Positions 30,265 through 44,455 of a stretch of 64,000 nt of DNA are shown here, one piece after another. Position numbers and translations under genes: made by a program. This DNA is from the human T2T-CHM13v2.0 reference genome, Homo sapiens. The notes beneath the pieces were generated by a model, which worked only from the letters and a program-made list of their open reading frames with translations, did no database searches and was not told the origin of the DNA. Each line of letters begins with the position of its first letter. Within the stretch, counting starts at the first letter, position 1. The DNA lies in assembly GCF_009914755.1 (NCBI RefSeq), contig NC_060930.1; one strand, written 5' to 3'.

Positions 30265-30465
30265 CGATGCTTCATCCTATTTAATTCTCACAGCAACCTA
30301 TGAGGTTGATACTTTCATTATGTAAATTTTACAGCTGAAGAAACTGAGTCATAGGGAGTTTTAATATTGTGCAAAGTCACACAGCTTGGTTGTGCTTGGC
30401 CATGCTTGGCTGCAGACCCAGAAGTCCAACTCTATGGATCACATTCTTAATTACTACACCATATG
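30265..30465 (-). mobile_element. MIR SINE
   Basis: atttaattctcacagcaacctatgaggttgatact...attttacagctgaagaaactgagtcatagggagtt...aaagtcacacagct. Confidence 0.8.
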
Positions 30466-33400
30466 GCTTCTATTTAATATTTCCTGACTGCTGATTGTGC
30501 ATTGTATACTCACCATGATGACCATATGTAATTGCTTGAATGTAAATCACTTTACAGTTTTGGAAATTTGTACAGAGCTTCTGCAGAGCCTGACTGCCAG
30601 GCCATTGCTAAATTACAGTGAGACTTTAAATATCATTTGGTCACCAGGGTCTCAGTATCATGCTCTGTAAAATGGCCACAGAAAGAAGCAGTGTCTCACA
30701 GGGAGGATAATGACAGTGAATTAGGTTAGCTGGCCTCATAAGCTTCTCTCTAGGAATACACCAGATGCTCGTGGAAGCTGAATGGTTCTTTCAATCAGTT
30801 AAAACAACTGAGGGCATTATGGCTCCTATGCCCTAAATGTTCAGCTTGTGGGCCAGAAGCCCCAAAACCTGCCCATTTCAGGTAGCACTTAAAGATCCCT
30901 TCCCTCCTGGCTTCCCATGGTTTATGTAGTGAGATACCAATTCCTCAGCAAGAAAGCTCACTCTTAATAAGTTTTTTTTTCTTTTTCTGGTAACTTCTTA
31001 AAAGTTAAAATGGTCTAACAGAAAATCAAGTTCATGTTATGATCTGCTGGATTTACTGTGTCTTTAACTCATAGTTTTTAATACTGCAACACATTTTATA
31101 CTTTATTCATCCACTCTTTCATAAAATATGTGCAGAGAATATACCATGTGCATGGAACTGTGAGAGTTAATGTGAGATACTAAAACCACTGGTTTGTTGG
31201 AATTTGCTAGAGAGAGAAAGCATAATTTCTTCTTTTGCAGAAGTTATTAGATATCCAGTGTATATCTTATTTTTAAAGGGAGGGAAGGGTACTTACAGTT
31301 ATCAAAAAACTACCATGAGTTAGCCATGATGGTAGGTCCTTTATATACACCCGATCCTCACTTCAATCTTTTGAAATTCATATTATTTTTCCATTTTCAT
31401 GTATTATGTACAAATAAAACGAAAGCTCAAGAAATTAAGATGGCAGTTCCACGTTCACACAGCTAGGGAGGTGAGCAGGCTGGCTCCAAAAGCCCATTTT
31501 CCTTTCACTAACCTAGTCTCCTCTTCATTACAGTATATCAGAGGATAGATAAGAATAATTGTTGGGAAGAGCCAATGAGGAAGTAATGACTTCGAACCCT
31601 AATCCACAAAACCTGTGATTGTTAGAGATAACCTATAGGAAAGTACAGAATGCATGTATTAGAATGGAGCATTGTATCTGAATTATCTTCCCAGTCCAAA
31701 TTCAAAGGATAGGTGTTGGGGATTGCCTGAAAGATAGATAATCATATTAGAGAGGAATGGAAAGCGATGAGATGAGAAAATTGTGATTAAGTTTAGGAAA
31801 ACAATTGGATGTTTAGACTTAGGAAGACTTGGGGGTTTATCCACAGAACATTATCAAACACAGCACATACTCTCTAGAACATTCCAGCCAGGGACAAAAA
31901 TGAAGCCATAGTAATTTTATCTCTTTGGTTATCATATGCATTTGATACAAGGGAAAAACAGCTCCACTGTTTCTGGAAGGTGCATTGAGATATCTTACCC
32001 TTATTATCAGAAGCCCTCTTTAAGAACTTTCAGTCTCCATTGATTCCAAGGGATCCACCCTCCCTGAAGCCTCATCAAGTTGCCTCCCCTCAACTCCCTG
32101 TGCACTCCCTCATAGCCAGGCTGCTTTCTGAGACTCTCAGGTGGAGCCTCGAGAACAACTCGCAACTCAACCCAGCAATAGGGCAGTGAGTCTAGCCCTC
32201 AATTCCTGAAGCCACCGTGTCCAGGGGCTGAGAGACTCCTAAGAAATGTATCCAGCTGTGCCCAAGATTGTACCCTGAACTTCTTTAGTTTGTCTTTGAC
32301 AAACAATTACACGTGTTTTGGGGGACCCTAAGTGTCATGTTGAACACAAATATCAAAGCAGATTTCAGAACCCTGAAAATCAACAGTGACTAGGCATGTG
32401 GTGTTTGTCTCTATAATGGTAGACATTAACTCCTCAAAGACAGGGCCCATGTCTTCTCTGTCTTTGTCTGCCCATGACCCAGCACCTGATCACAATATGT
32501 GCCCAATTAATGTTGAGCAGAAATTAAGTACAAGAATGTTTCCCAAGACACTTTCTCTGAAGCCTGCATTGCTTGTCAGTAGTCAACACTGTACACCTCT
32601 ACTTAACAATAATATTCCTCTTGTTGATTTTCCTAGTCATGAGTAGGATCTCCTTTTCATCATTTGGTAGTTGACTTTCCAAAGACCCACTCTAGTAAGG
32701 ATAGCATTTGGAACTCAGAGTATGCTCTGGGAACATTTCACTCATGGCACCATGAGGAGCTAATGCAATTCAGAATGAGAAAGAGAAGGGGAGCTGCATG
32801 TGTATGCAGAGTCCATATTCCCAAAATTCTTCATCCCAAGGCCAGCCAAGTCAGGTGAAGACAAAAGTGGAGAGGGGACACGATATATTACACATAATGG
32901 TTTTGTCAAAGCTCTAAGAGAAAAGACTGTCTAATAGAGAAACCAACAGTCAGTAACTCTGGGGAAAGACTTATTAGACTCCTGGACAAAACACCTTCCA
33001 TAGGATAACATTGCAACTCTTCCTTTTTTGTAAACAATAATTGGTTATAACAGAAAACTACAAGTTCTGACATCTGAACGTAGGGCTTGACTCACTGGTG
33101 CAGGTCAGCTGCAATTGCCTACAGATTATACAAGGTGGCCACGAATAGCCCCACAAGTTATGCCTGGGACAACTATGGAAGGTGCCATTTTATTCTAATG
33201 TTTGCTATTGTTTCCCTGAGATACCAGATTCTTTTCAGAGCCCTAGGAAAGTGGGAATCCCCAATATTACATGAGTTAAAATTCTAACTGAGATCTCTGT
33301 TTTTAAACTAGCCTGGTTAATACTTGGCAGGTGACAGTGTTTGGATGCTGCCTTCTGAGAGTGAGTTTCCAAGAGCACCCCAGGCACACTCTACAGAAGT

Positions 33401-34449
33401 ATTTGTGCTAAATTCACAATTGCTTTTTTTTTCTTTAGAGTCCAGTGTAGTTTACATCTGTTTGCCCCATGAGTCCACTCATAAAACAAGAATAGAATTA
33501 ACAGTTTGTGAGGATTCTTAGGGACTTTATATGTTTGTGAAAATGAAACTAATTCAGCCTAACTCCAATATAAGTGCTGTTGCATGCCGCGCACAGCACC
33601 CTGAAACCCAGTGGGTTCTGCTAACTTGTTGACTGACTGATAAACAAGTTCCAGATTTCTAATTGGCCACAGCCTCCCTGGCTGCTCTGATGATATATCG
33701 CTTTGGGTGGAAGATTCAGCCTGTATCACTCAGAAATAAGCAAAATTGAACTAAACTAAAACAACTGTTTTGCATAGAAAAGAAAACATCTAATGTTTGA
33801 ACCCCTACCAATACCTAACCCCCTCTTCTTTCTGGGTAACCCTGGGTCTGAGGCCCTTAGAAGATGCAACTAGACCTCTTAAGGACATGTGAATAGTGTG
33901 AACCCAGAGAAAGTACTCAGGAGCCACCTGTGGAGTCAGGGGAGGACAAATTCAGCTCAGTACAAAAGCAAGCAATCCAGTTCAATAAACACTTATCTAG
34001 CAACTTTGTGGCTAACTGTACAGTGGAAATGTGAAGACAAAAAGCACTCTTCGTGTTCAGAACCTCCCAGTCCAATGGGGTAATAGATAAATAATTATAG
34101 TACTATGTGATAAGTGCTATTTGAGAGGTTACATAAAGGGAAACGCCTTGGAGAGTCACCAAATACCTGGAGGAGTTTGGAATCAGGGAACCTTTCCTGA
34201 GCTGAGATTTGAAGAATGACTAGAAAGGATTCTGTTGAAGATGGTGGGTGGGGCCAAGTCTAGGGGGCTGCAGGGGTGAGCCCATGGGAAGGCCAGAAGG
34301 GTGAGAATGGCTCCTCACTGGCTAGCTTATATATGCACGGCACCATGCAGGTTGCAAAGGGCCTTCACTGAAGTATTTCATTTGACTTTCTCGCAAACTG
34401 GTGGGGCTGTGTAGTGGACAGGATGCTCTCGGGGTCACCTGTAGCCACT

Positions 34450-35950
34450 TCCTCTTTGAACAAAGATGAAACTGGTTGACTCTCTCTGTCTTCACCTACT
34501 CAGACTCTCTGTAGTATTTAGAATGGCCTGTCACTACTCTTCTTGAAACTCTCTTCTCTCTTGGACACTGCGGCACCCCTCTTTCCAGGCTTCCCCCTCT
34601 TTCAGATTTGCCATCTTGTCTCCCTTGTGGGCTACTCAAGCTTTATGCCTCTCTCGGGGTTAGAGTGTCCCCACAGATCTGTTCAGAACTTTTTCTTTAT
34701 CTGCAACTTGTCCCTAGGTGGTCTCATCCAGAGCTACATTTTTAATAGACTTTATTTTATAGAACATGGATTATATCTTTTAGTATTATCTTCTGATTGA
34801 TGAATTCTGAGTCTGTTTCCAGCCTGACCACTTCCAGAATTCCATGCTTGTAAATCTTGCTGTGGATTACACATCTCTACCTACACCTCAAGCCTCACAT
34901 GCCAAAACAGAATTATTTATTGCCTTCCACTCTTCAATTTGTGCCTCCCATAGCCTCCCCCATTTCAATAAATAGCACTACTAATCACTCAGTTGCCTAC
35001 ATAAATAACTAGGAGCCACCCTCAATTTCTATCTTTCCTTCATATTCTACTTCCAAGCCAAAAACAATTTCAGTTGGCTAATTTTCAAAGTAAATCCTCA
35101 TTTTAATTATTGCTTACCCCTTCACTTCTTCTTCTTCTTCTTTTTTTTTTTTTTTTTTTTTTTTTTTTGAGATGGAGTTTTGCTCTGTCGCCCAGGCCGG
35201 AGTTCAGTGGTGTGATCTCGGCTCACTGCAACCTCGCCTCCCGTTACCCCCTCAACTTCTAAAACCCTAGTTGAAGACCCATCATTTCTTATTTGAACCA
35301 CTGCAATATCTTCCTAACACGTTTTCATTCTTTATCCTTCAAGTCTTTTCTCATGTTTTATTCATTTTTACAAAGCAAAGTCAAATAAAATTTTCCTTTC
35401 TTAAACTACTCAATGGCTTCACATTGCAGTGAAAATAAAACCTAAGTTCTTTTTCACAGCCTTCAAACCCCTTCACATGCCATCCCCTTCTCTGCCTCAT
35501 CCCATTCACCCTCCTTTCAATATTCTTAATATCCCAGAGCCTCTGATATTTCTTCTCTTCTTTAGTCATAACAAGTCAGGGCCTCACATTCAACTGTTCC
35601 CTCTGCTTAGAATGCCCTTCTTTAAGAACCAGCAATGCTGTCTCCCTCCTTCATGTTTCAACTCAAATGCTTCCCTCTCAGAGTGCCATTCTGTGAAAAT
35701 TTGAGGTGCAGGGGTCACAATCACCCCCACTCTCCTCTTTATGTATGACCCTTTTTTACTTTCTTCATATATTGTATTGCTATCTGAAATTATCTTGGTG
35801 ATTTAGTTGTCTACTGACTATTGTCTCTTCCCAACTGACTGGAAGGTAGGGACTTTGCTGGGCTCACCTCTGGATCCCTAATGCCTAGAGTAGAGCATGA
35901 CACATAGCAAGGGCCCAACACATATTTGCAGGTGACCATATGAATGTCTG
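34450..35950 (+). mobile_element. L2 LINE (ORF2 3' region to 3' end)
   Basis: pyrimidine-rich L2 body (tcttcttgaaactctcttctctcttgg..., ctaggtggtctcatccag, taggagccaccctcaatttc) ending gcctagagtagagcatgacacatagcaagggccc. Confidence 0.75.
35130..35243 (-). mobile_element. 5'-truncated Alu (about 75 bp of right arm plus tail)
   Basis: T28 plus (CTT)n tail, gagatggagttttgctctgtcgcccagg; imperfect TSD ttaccccttcacttct (35114-35129) / ttaccccctcaacttct (35244-35260). Confidence 0.9.
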
Positions 35951-36485
35951 AACCAGGAGCAGTTAGCTGTGACGGACTCCAAGTGAGAGCTCTGCCCAGC
36001 CAAGATGGTTGTCATTAGCTTGTGAAAGGTTAGATGCATCAAATCAGCTCTCTCAAGCACTGTGAACTAGAGACACAGAGTGACACAGTCAGTAGCAGCA
36101 GGGGCAATAGAAGCAGAGACAGAAGTGATGAGTCACAACACTGGTAGCCTGTGAGAGTGGAAATGAATGGCAATGGATTGCTGAGGAGACAGCAAAATAA
36201 CCAGATTGCCAAAATGCTGCAGAGCCTGGTGTCTCATTTGATTTGCTGGGAAGCCTCACTCTGCAGCTTCTGAGATTGTTTTCCATTCTTCCTTACTTCC
36301 TCATTAACCTACTTAGCCTGAATATGCTTCTCTGTCCCTCCCACTTTACAAGAGTCTAACAGAAATAATTTTTTTAAATATATTCACTTTAGCTAAAAAT
36401 ATGCAGGGACACAGAGGAACAAAGTAACTTAGCCAAGATTATAGAGCTGGTCATTGCTGAGTCCAAGCTCAAACTTTTCCACTAT

Positions 36486-37206
36486 TGTAATCATCTGATG
36501 GGTTCATCTTGCCTGCAGCCTAGAAAAGCCAGTTTACTGAGACAGAATTATGCCAATAGAGAAAAAGTTTAATAAACATAGAACTAGCCAAATGGGAGAC
36601 CAGAGTTTTATTATTACTCAAATCAACCTCCTCAAAATTTTAAAGGACAGGATTTTTTAAGGATAGTTTGCCAGGTAGGGGGCTAGTGAATGGGGAATAC
36701 TAGTCAGTCAGATTGAAGATGAAATCAGAAGGAGTGGAAGCTGTCCTCTTTTGCTGAGTCAGTTCCTGGGTAGAGGTCACAAAACCAGATGAGCCAGTTT
36801 ACTGACCTGAATGGCACCAGCTGGTCCATCCAAATGCAGGATCTGAAAAACACCTTGAAAACCGATCTTAGGTTTTATAATAGTAATGTTTTCTATAGAA
36901 GCAATTGGGGAGGTTAGGAATCTTATGGCCTCTGGCTGCATGACTACTGAGCCATAATTTCTAATCTTGTGGCTGATTCATTAGTTTTACAAAGGAAATC
37001 TGGTCCCCAAGCAATGAGGAGATTTGTTTTGAGGAAGGGGCTGTTATCATCTTTGTTTCAAAGTTACACTATAAACTAAATTCCTCTGATAGTTAGCTTG
37101 GCCTATTCCCAGGAATGAGCAAGGGCAGGTTGGAGGTTAGAAGCAAAATGGAGTCAGTTAGGTCAGATCCCTTTCACTGTTGTAAGTTTTGAAAAACGCA
37201 ATTTCA
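36486..37206 (-). mobile_element. ERV1 solo LTR (LTR8 family)
   Basis: TG...CA ends with exact 4-bp TSD CTAT (36482-36485, 37207-37210); LTR8 motifs ggttagaagcaaaatggagtcagttaggtcagatc, ccataatttctaatcttgtggct, gctgagtcagttcctgggt. Confidence 0.88.
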
Positions 37207-39085
37207 CTATGTTGGTCACCTAATTTTATCTTCACAACCGACCTAGGAAGTAGGAAAGAATTGGACTACCTTGAGATAAAATCTCTATCCCTCAGAGAAG
37301 GCACCTAGAGGCTGGATCACTAGTTATAGGGAATGCCACAGTGGAGGTCCAAGATTTAGATTCACAGAAACTGGGACAAATTGGCCTCTTATGCAAATTT
37401 AAACCCTGAGACTCCATGATGTAATATTAGAGGACAGGGAAAGCATGGTGGGTTTTCTTCTACATCTCACAGTGGGTTTTCTGCTTCTCCACAGTGCTTG
37501 GGGACTCACATTAATTTGGTGATCTTGGTATGGTAATTTTAATTCCAGAACTTAGGATACCAAACATTCTCCTCATTAAACTTCTGCTGGTGTCTCAGGT
37601 CCAAAAGTTTCTTTGCCATTTGGATTTTCTGCTGCCACTCTCCCGGTCATTGAAGCTATGAATTTCTGGGCCACGATGCCGTTAGTAACAAAGATAAATC
37701 ACCAAGATAAATCACAGTGCCTGGGACGTGCCTACCTTACTGACAATGGAATAGTCCACTGGTAAGGATACAGCAGTTACAGTACTGTTAGCATCCCTCC
37801 TTGTGAATAAATTCTGTGTTTTCATGGCACAGTGACCTAGTACCAAAAGAAAGTGATTTGTCTTGACATATGCCACTACCAGCCTGGAGTTTAACTCACT
37901 ACCTTAAAAGTTAAAGTGTTGTTATACTCACCTTTCTCAGAAAGAATAAACCATGCATAAACCAATCTAGTGCTAACATTGTTCAAAGATTCCCCGTAGT
38001 GGAATAAAATATCCCTTTCATACTAAACTATATTCTTTAAAAGTCAAAAGAGTTGTTCCCAAGTAGTTTCTTCAATTAATCATTGAGAGTCATAGGCAAA
38101 ATATTTGGGAATCTCAATGCCCTATTTCACAGTCCCCACCACTGACTGTGAAGGATCATATTCCAGGGGTACTTCTGCCTTCTGCTATCTAGGAGGATCA
38201 ACGATCTGTAGAGACTGGCATCCCACCAGATATGGCAAGGTGTCTGGAGAGTTGCCCTTTGCAAATCTTTAAATATGTAGGCATATATTACTGGCATCTT
38301 TTCACAAAGTTCACCTGCTAACCTGTGGAGGGAGCAGCAAGAGCCCATCACCAGGTAGGAGAAATCAGAGTGATAGGCCTGGCTATTCTGTATTTCTCCT
38401 GAGACCTAAACAAGAACAAATTCACTAACCAGGCTGTAGTTGAAATTACAGATCAGCTTCCTCATTGAGGTCGGGTACCTCACAGAGCTATGTAAGAACT
38501 TCTTAACCTAAGTTAGAATATTCACAAAATGATTTTGAAGCCAGAGCACCTAAACCTGATAGAAACTAGTCCAGCCCTCAAAGAAACCAGGCAACAGAAC
38601 AATATAAACATAATTTTTAAAAGCTATCACATGGGCCTCGGTGCACTAAAATTGTATTTCAAGATGATGATACTGTTCAATGCACTAGATTCTGTGTATT
38701 GGTGAGCATATTTACTGATCTAGATGGAAAGTTTTGGGTGTCATTTGGCCTGAGGGGACAATGAAAGGGGCTTAGAATATCTGTCCTCCTGGGATTCTTT
38801 CCAGACTGTACATTAGTTCATTGACATATATTGATTTAGTGCCTCCAAATCATCAGCCAAAAAAGGAGCCAAATGTGCTGTCCTCCCACCCTAACATGAA
38901 CAGGAACACTAATATTCCTGCCCCCACCCCTCAGCATGTTTAAAAAAGAATGTTCCCAGATAAGCACAGAGTGGAGACCTTGAATGCTGTGCAGTAGTCA
39001 TTCAGTGAAAAACCAAATTAACACTAATTATATTCTGGCTTGCTGTGGTGCAGACAGTGTGACTTCACAAGGGGAAATGGCATTT

Positions 39086-39104
39086 GTGGCACTAGGTGGC
39101 ATCA
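39086..39104 (+). promoter_or_regulatory. Candidate CTCF binding site
   Basis: gtgGCACTAGGTGGCAtca closely matches the core CCASYAGRKGGCR with one mismatch at the first position; repeat-free context. Confidence 0.45.
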
Positions 39105-39649
39105 TTCTGACACATTTACAGACCATTAGCCAGAGCTAATATCATTTCAAAGGGCTGGTGTCAGGACGGGTAGGGCACCCTAGGAGCACTTCGCTCAGCC
39201 CTGTGTGATCTGTGAGTGAAACTCCAGGCTCCCAAAGCAGGAGGGCTTGGGCAGGGGTTGGGCATCTACCACCTCCCTAAATGTAGGTCACTTGGAGCAG
39301 GTTGTGTCCTCAGGCATCTAAGAAACTTTGGGAAACTTTTGTTTTTTTGACAGGAAAAAGAGTCTTATCAGGAAATGCCCTTGCGTCACTCACTCACAGA
39401 AAGATCTAAGTTTTTCCTCAGGATCTGTGACTAGTGGTCTCATGGTCCAGACATTTCTGAGGTAAAAGTGGGAGTCGGTTTCTATAATTGGGGTTGCAAA
39501 ATGAGACTTTTGAGCCTCAGCAAGTCTCTAGCAGAGGGAAGTGGGCAAGATGACCCAGTGAACTGAGATGCTAGACTGGTGGGAAGTTCAGGGAACAGTC
39601 ATGGAATTCAGAGCACTAAGGCAGGAGGATCTCTCTAGAAGTTATCTAT

Positions 39650-39830
39650 CCTCTTGCCACTCTAAGTGTGATCTATGCACAAGTAGAAGGGTCACAGCTG
39701 GGTGGGTGGAGGGAGTACTTTCAGGAATGCAAACTCTCAGGCCCACCCCAGCTTTTCTGAATCAGAATCTAGATTTTAATACAATCCCCACATAATTCCT
39801 GGGCACATTAACACTTAAAAAGCACTGGTC
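39650..39830. mobile_element. MER5A-type hAT-Charlie MITE
   Basis: aatgcaaactctcaggcccacccca...ctgaatcagaatctagattttaatacaatcccca...aaagcactg. Confidence 0.8.
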
Positions 39831-42800
39831 TAGTCTATACCCCTAACTGCAAGAATGCTTTGCAAGAGAGGACAATTACCTTCTTTTTTCCCCCTTTCTT
39901 CTTCTTCCTCCTTTTTTTTTAAAAAAAAAAATTTACACTCCCTACTCTCAAAGCTGTTTTTTTGGATTCTGGACCAACCCTCCACCAAATTCTTCTCACA
40001 TTCCCTTTCACTTGTAATCCCTTTCACCTCCTTTTTTTTCTCTATATGTCCTCCCTTCTTCCATACTTCCAGCACATAGATTCTGCTCTTGTGGCCATCT
40101 GGATCCTGCCAAGAGAAGGCCTATTCTGAAGTTAAACAGTTAAAGTGGGAAAAGCACTCAATTTTGAGCACAAAAACCAAACTCAAGCCTCAATTCTGCA
40201 GAGTCCTGAACATGTCTTTTCATTTTCCTACTAACACCCATTTTCCTGAATACAGATATGAAATGTAATAGTGTATGTAAAATAACTTTATGAGCTATAA
40301 AACATTAAAGATATGTCTAAGATCTTGTTCCCCACGGGGCTGTTTCTGAACACATGCTATTCATAAAGGGGGCAGTACTGTGTAAATTTTAAGAACATGG
40401 GCTCAGAGCAGATTGCTGGGGTTCAGATCCCACTTAGCCATTTTCTGGTGATCATGTTTGACTCAACTTTCCCACTTGTAATAGGACCCACCTGTTACCA
40501 TGATAGGGCTGTCACAAGGAGTAAAACTTTATGCATATGCCATACCCAAACATTCCTTGTCCTATAATGTGAACTGTGATTACTTCTTCTCCATAAATGT
40601 CGGTAATATCCATAAATTTCAACTATGACTAATTACTACAAAGTGCAGGTAACTTTACATCTGAGAACTGTGTGTACATTATCTCTAAGCAAAACACAGA
40701 GACATGGAATAAATGAACAGGGAACACACTCAGGGGGCATTTGAGGGTGAGGATAAGAGGGAAAGAGAGAGAGAGATCCAGAGATACAAAGACATAGAAT
40801 TAATGTCAGGCCAAGCAGCAAGCAGAGCTAGAAAGAAAGGGGTAGACTTTATATTATCCAAGAAACATAAGCATTTGTTGGGGTGGGGGTTATCTCTGCA
40901 AGAAAATCACTATTTGTCACAGAAGAGAGCCAAAGTGGACTAAAGTCCTAAGACAGGTGCTTGATCTCCTGCCCAGATGTAATTGACATTATTGCACACG
41001 AAGGCTATTTCTACATATTAGATGAATAAGTCATTGAACCATGCCCTTAAATAAACCAGCTCATGTTAATAAGAACACGATTTTTTGCAACACAATAAAA
41101 GTTTGAAGATGCCCTGAAATGCACTTACCCTGGATCTCCAGAAAGATCTCTATATGCCTGCATTTGAGGTCATTATTCTTCTCTTTATGAAAGTTTTTAA
41201 TTACCAAGACAGAGCCCTGACCTTAATCGTTCCTCTGCTGGCCACATAGAAGACCATGAGCACTCTGTGAAATATAGCTGTTCCCCTTTCCTGAAGCCCT
41301 GGAAATCCCCATTCCAGCCATTGCTCCAGGCCCATCTCCCATTCAGCCATTGATTAGTGTCTCACATCCCTTTTTAGCCATGGTCGTCTTTGGTAGGATC
41401 TTCTTCTGTCTAGTCGTCTAGTCTTTTTTTGGGGAAGTGTTTGATGTTTGCCTGGATCATAACTTCTCAGATAGCTGACTCTGTCTCTGAAGCCTAGTAC
41501 AGCTCCAGGACTTCTGCTTTTTGGGGTTTAGGTCACCTCTTCCAAGTTCCTTGTGCACTTGCCTGTACTTCTGCCATCAGGTTAAAGACTGTGGTCTTGA
41601 AAGATGGTCTCTTGTACAGTATCAGGTAGGATCCTGCTACTTCACAAATGCCCCAAGATTAATAGAATAGGATCAATAGGAAAGTGAAAACGATGATGAC
41701 AATCAAAGTTAATCTTAAAGAGAATTATCAACCACATGAATTTTAAACTTTGTTCTTCTCTCCTTTACAGAACCTTTTTCTTCTCTTCCAAGGTTCTCTT
41801 GCTTTCTCTCAATGTTCTCATTCTGTTTTATGTTGAGCACAACACCCCACCATGCCACTTAACTCACCATTGGCCTGTCTCAGCATCCAGAAATTCCATT
41901 GTTATGTATCCATTTCTTAATGTAAGTACCTCTCAAAGGAGTCTCAGGAATGAAGTTATTAGTAAACAACTGGGGGAAGTTAGGAAAAAAGCGTCCAACA
42001 CCTTCAAGTGCTTAAGATTTGATTGGATGAAACAAAATTCTACAATGTGAGGAAGTGCCTGTTAGAACAAATTCCATCTAGTAGTGAGAGAATAAATGGG
42101 CTAGCTCGTCACTACTGGATCCTTAGGAGGCTGCATTTTGCAGTCAATGAGGCAAAATGAGAGGAAATTCCAAGAATGCTCCATCCTGTCTTGGTTATTC
42201 TGAGATGTTAATTGAACTAGCAAGATCATTTCCAAAGCTCTCTAAAATAATTATACATATGAAACTTCATAGATTGGTGTTTGAAGCCATTAAATGTTTC
42301 TCGAATCCAAAAGATTCTACAGTTCCATTGAGAATTCAGTTACCAGCCTTGCCCACTGATAGCAGGATGCTGGGTCGAGTGATATTAAAAAATACATGCT
42401 TTGATAAAGAGTAATTTAGTAACACTTGCAGACACTTTCCTGTGGGAAAAAGGTGGTTCTTTGGTTTTAAAATAATCTCCAATAGCTATTGATTACAAAC
42501 ACATTCACACACACATTTCAAGGTATCAATGTGTTTTTTATTTCATTCAGGCATGTACCCTCACTGTCTCTCTGCTATTCACTTCTCTGTCTCTGTCTCT
42601 TGAATTATTTAATGTTTTTTCCCAGTTAATCTAAATTAGAGTTGGTTCTTTTTTTAAGGGGGATGGGAGGAAACTAAAAATAGTTACTGAAGCCAGGATA
42701 TATTACACCAACTGCTTTTGCCTCTGGTGGTTACTGGAGTTTCCTTTGTTGTCTTGTTTGATTGTTTCATTTATATGGCAGGTTAGACAGCAACAGACTT

Positions 42801-44455
42801 CTGTTATTGCCTTTTCTCAGTGGTGGATTTTTTAGGCTCAGATCCCCCTAAGGCAGCCACTCCCCATCCGCAGCTGGTGACAAGAGGTGCTGTTGCTCTC
42901 AGTACTTACACCTACTGGAGAAAGATCAACAGAGATGCTATTAAGTGACATAGAGTGTCTCCATTTTTAACTGTTTAGGCCTTTGTTGAGAGACACAGGG
43001 AAGGAGAAAAAATGAGAGAAAGAGACTTAGAAAGGATGAGAGAGAGAGAACATTGAACAAGTTTCATCTTCCAGATTCTTTATGAACTACTTTTGCAGAT
43101 GTGAGATTGCATTTTTCTTTATTCCTGCCTTCCCACCACCAGCTTCCACCCTCTCCTTTAAAAATGTTCTGTTTTTTCCTATTTTTCAGTAGTCAGAAAT
43201 AATTTCTTAAATCAAATGGTAATAGGAGTATGTTAAAGTGGAGAAGACAAGTGCTGATCAGTAATTCAGCACTTGGGGCTATTTTTTAAAGTTCTCCCAA
43301 GAAGCTTTAGGTCATTAGTTACTTTCTAAATTTCCATTACTCTTTCAACTAATGTGGCCACAGAGCATCATCCTTGGCAAAAAACTGGGAATGGGGAGAT
43401 TTATGGAGGAAAAGGAAGTGCAACTTTGTGAAATTAAACTGATTAGATGGCTCTGGTAATACTTAAGGCAATAAATTAGCACTGTGAATTGAGAAGAGAT
43501 CCTAAAGAATCTTGGTGATTAGGAGAGGGTTTCTCCCCTCTTATCTTGTCTCCTTCAGGCATCTCAGCTGCCTTTTTATTTCCTTTTAGTTCATAGAGCA
43601 GACAGCCAGGGGAAGGACCCTCCAGGTATTCACTGTTAAATTATTTGGTCTGTTTATTTTTCATTAAGGGCATAAAACACCAGGTAAGGAAATGTAAGGT
43701 TAAGGACATCATCTAATCTTCAGAGGAACTTTAAGACCAAGACCTCCTTGAGCACTTTCTATGTGCGTACACTGAGGTCTATACTACCACATGCCAAAAG
43801 AAAAATAAAGAATTTTACGAGTGTGTTTTTTAAAAGGAAGGTGACCCTAGAGCCAGGTACCTGAATTTAAAACCATAACTGAGAAGACCTACTAAAGGAG
43901 ATTACAACAGAAAAATTGGAGACTTTCTCTCATAATAATAATGCAAGACTCCAGGTGCCTAAGAGCCCACATTAATTCCTAAATAAGATAAAAAAGGCTG
44001 GGGTAGTGAGAGATGGCCTGCTTGTGGTGATCTTATAACTGGGAATTGAAAAATGAGTAGGATTTAGATAATTACTATAGATACAAGGCATTTTAAAATT
44101 TTCCCCTCCTTTCATAACCACAAACTTAGGAGTTAACCTTGGCTTTATCTTTTAGAAAATGCCCTAAGTTCTAGCTTTTTTCTCATTTGAATAAACCAGA
44201 TGAACTTCAATAAATACACTGAACTTATCCTATGAGCAAAAATAGTGAATACATGATGATGTCATAACATAGAACATTAGCAGGAAAAAGGCCTTCAACA
44301 TTCTGTGACTTCAGTCTCATTTCTCGATTAGTCTGTAATGGATGTTGTAGTATTTTAAAACTGTGAAACACGTTCATGGAAACATATAATCTTGAGAAAA
44401 ATATAACCATGAGTAATTTATAAACCATTGCATTGATTTTTCATGGTATAGAATA

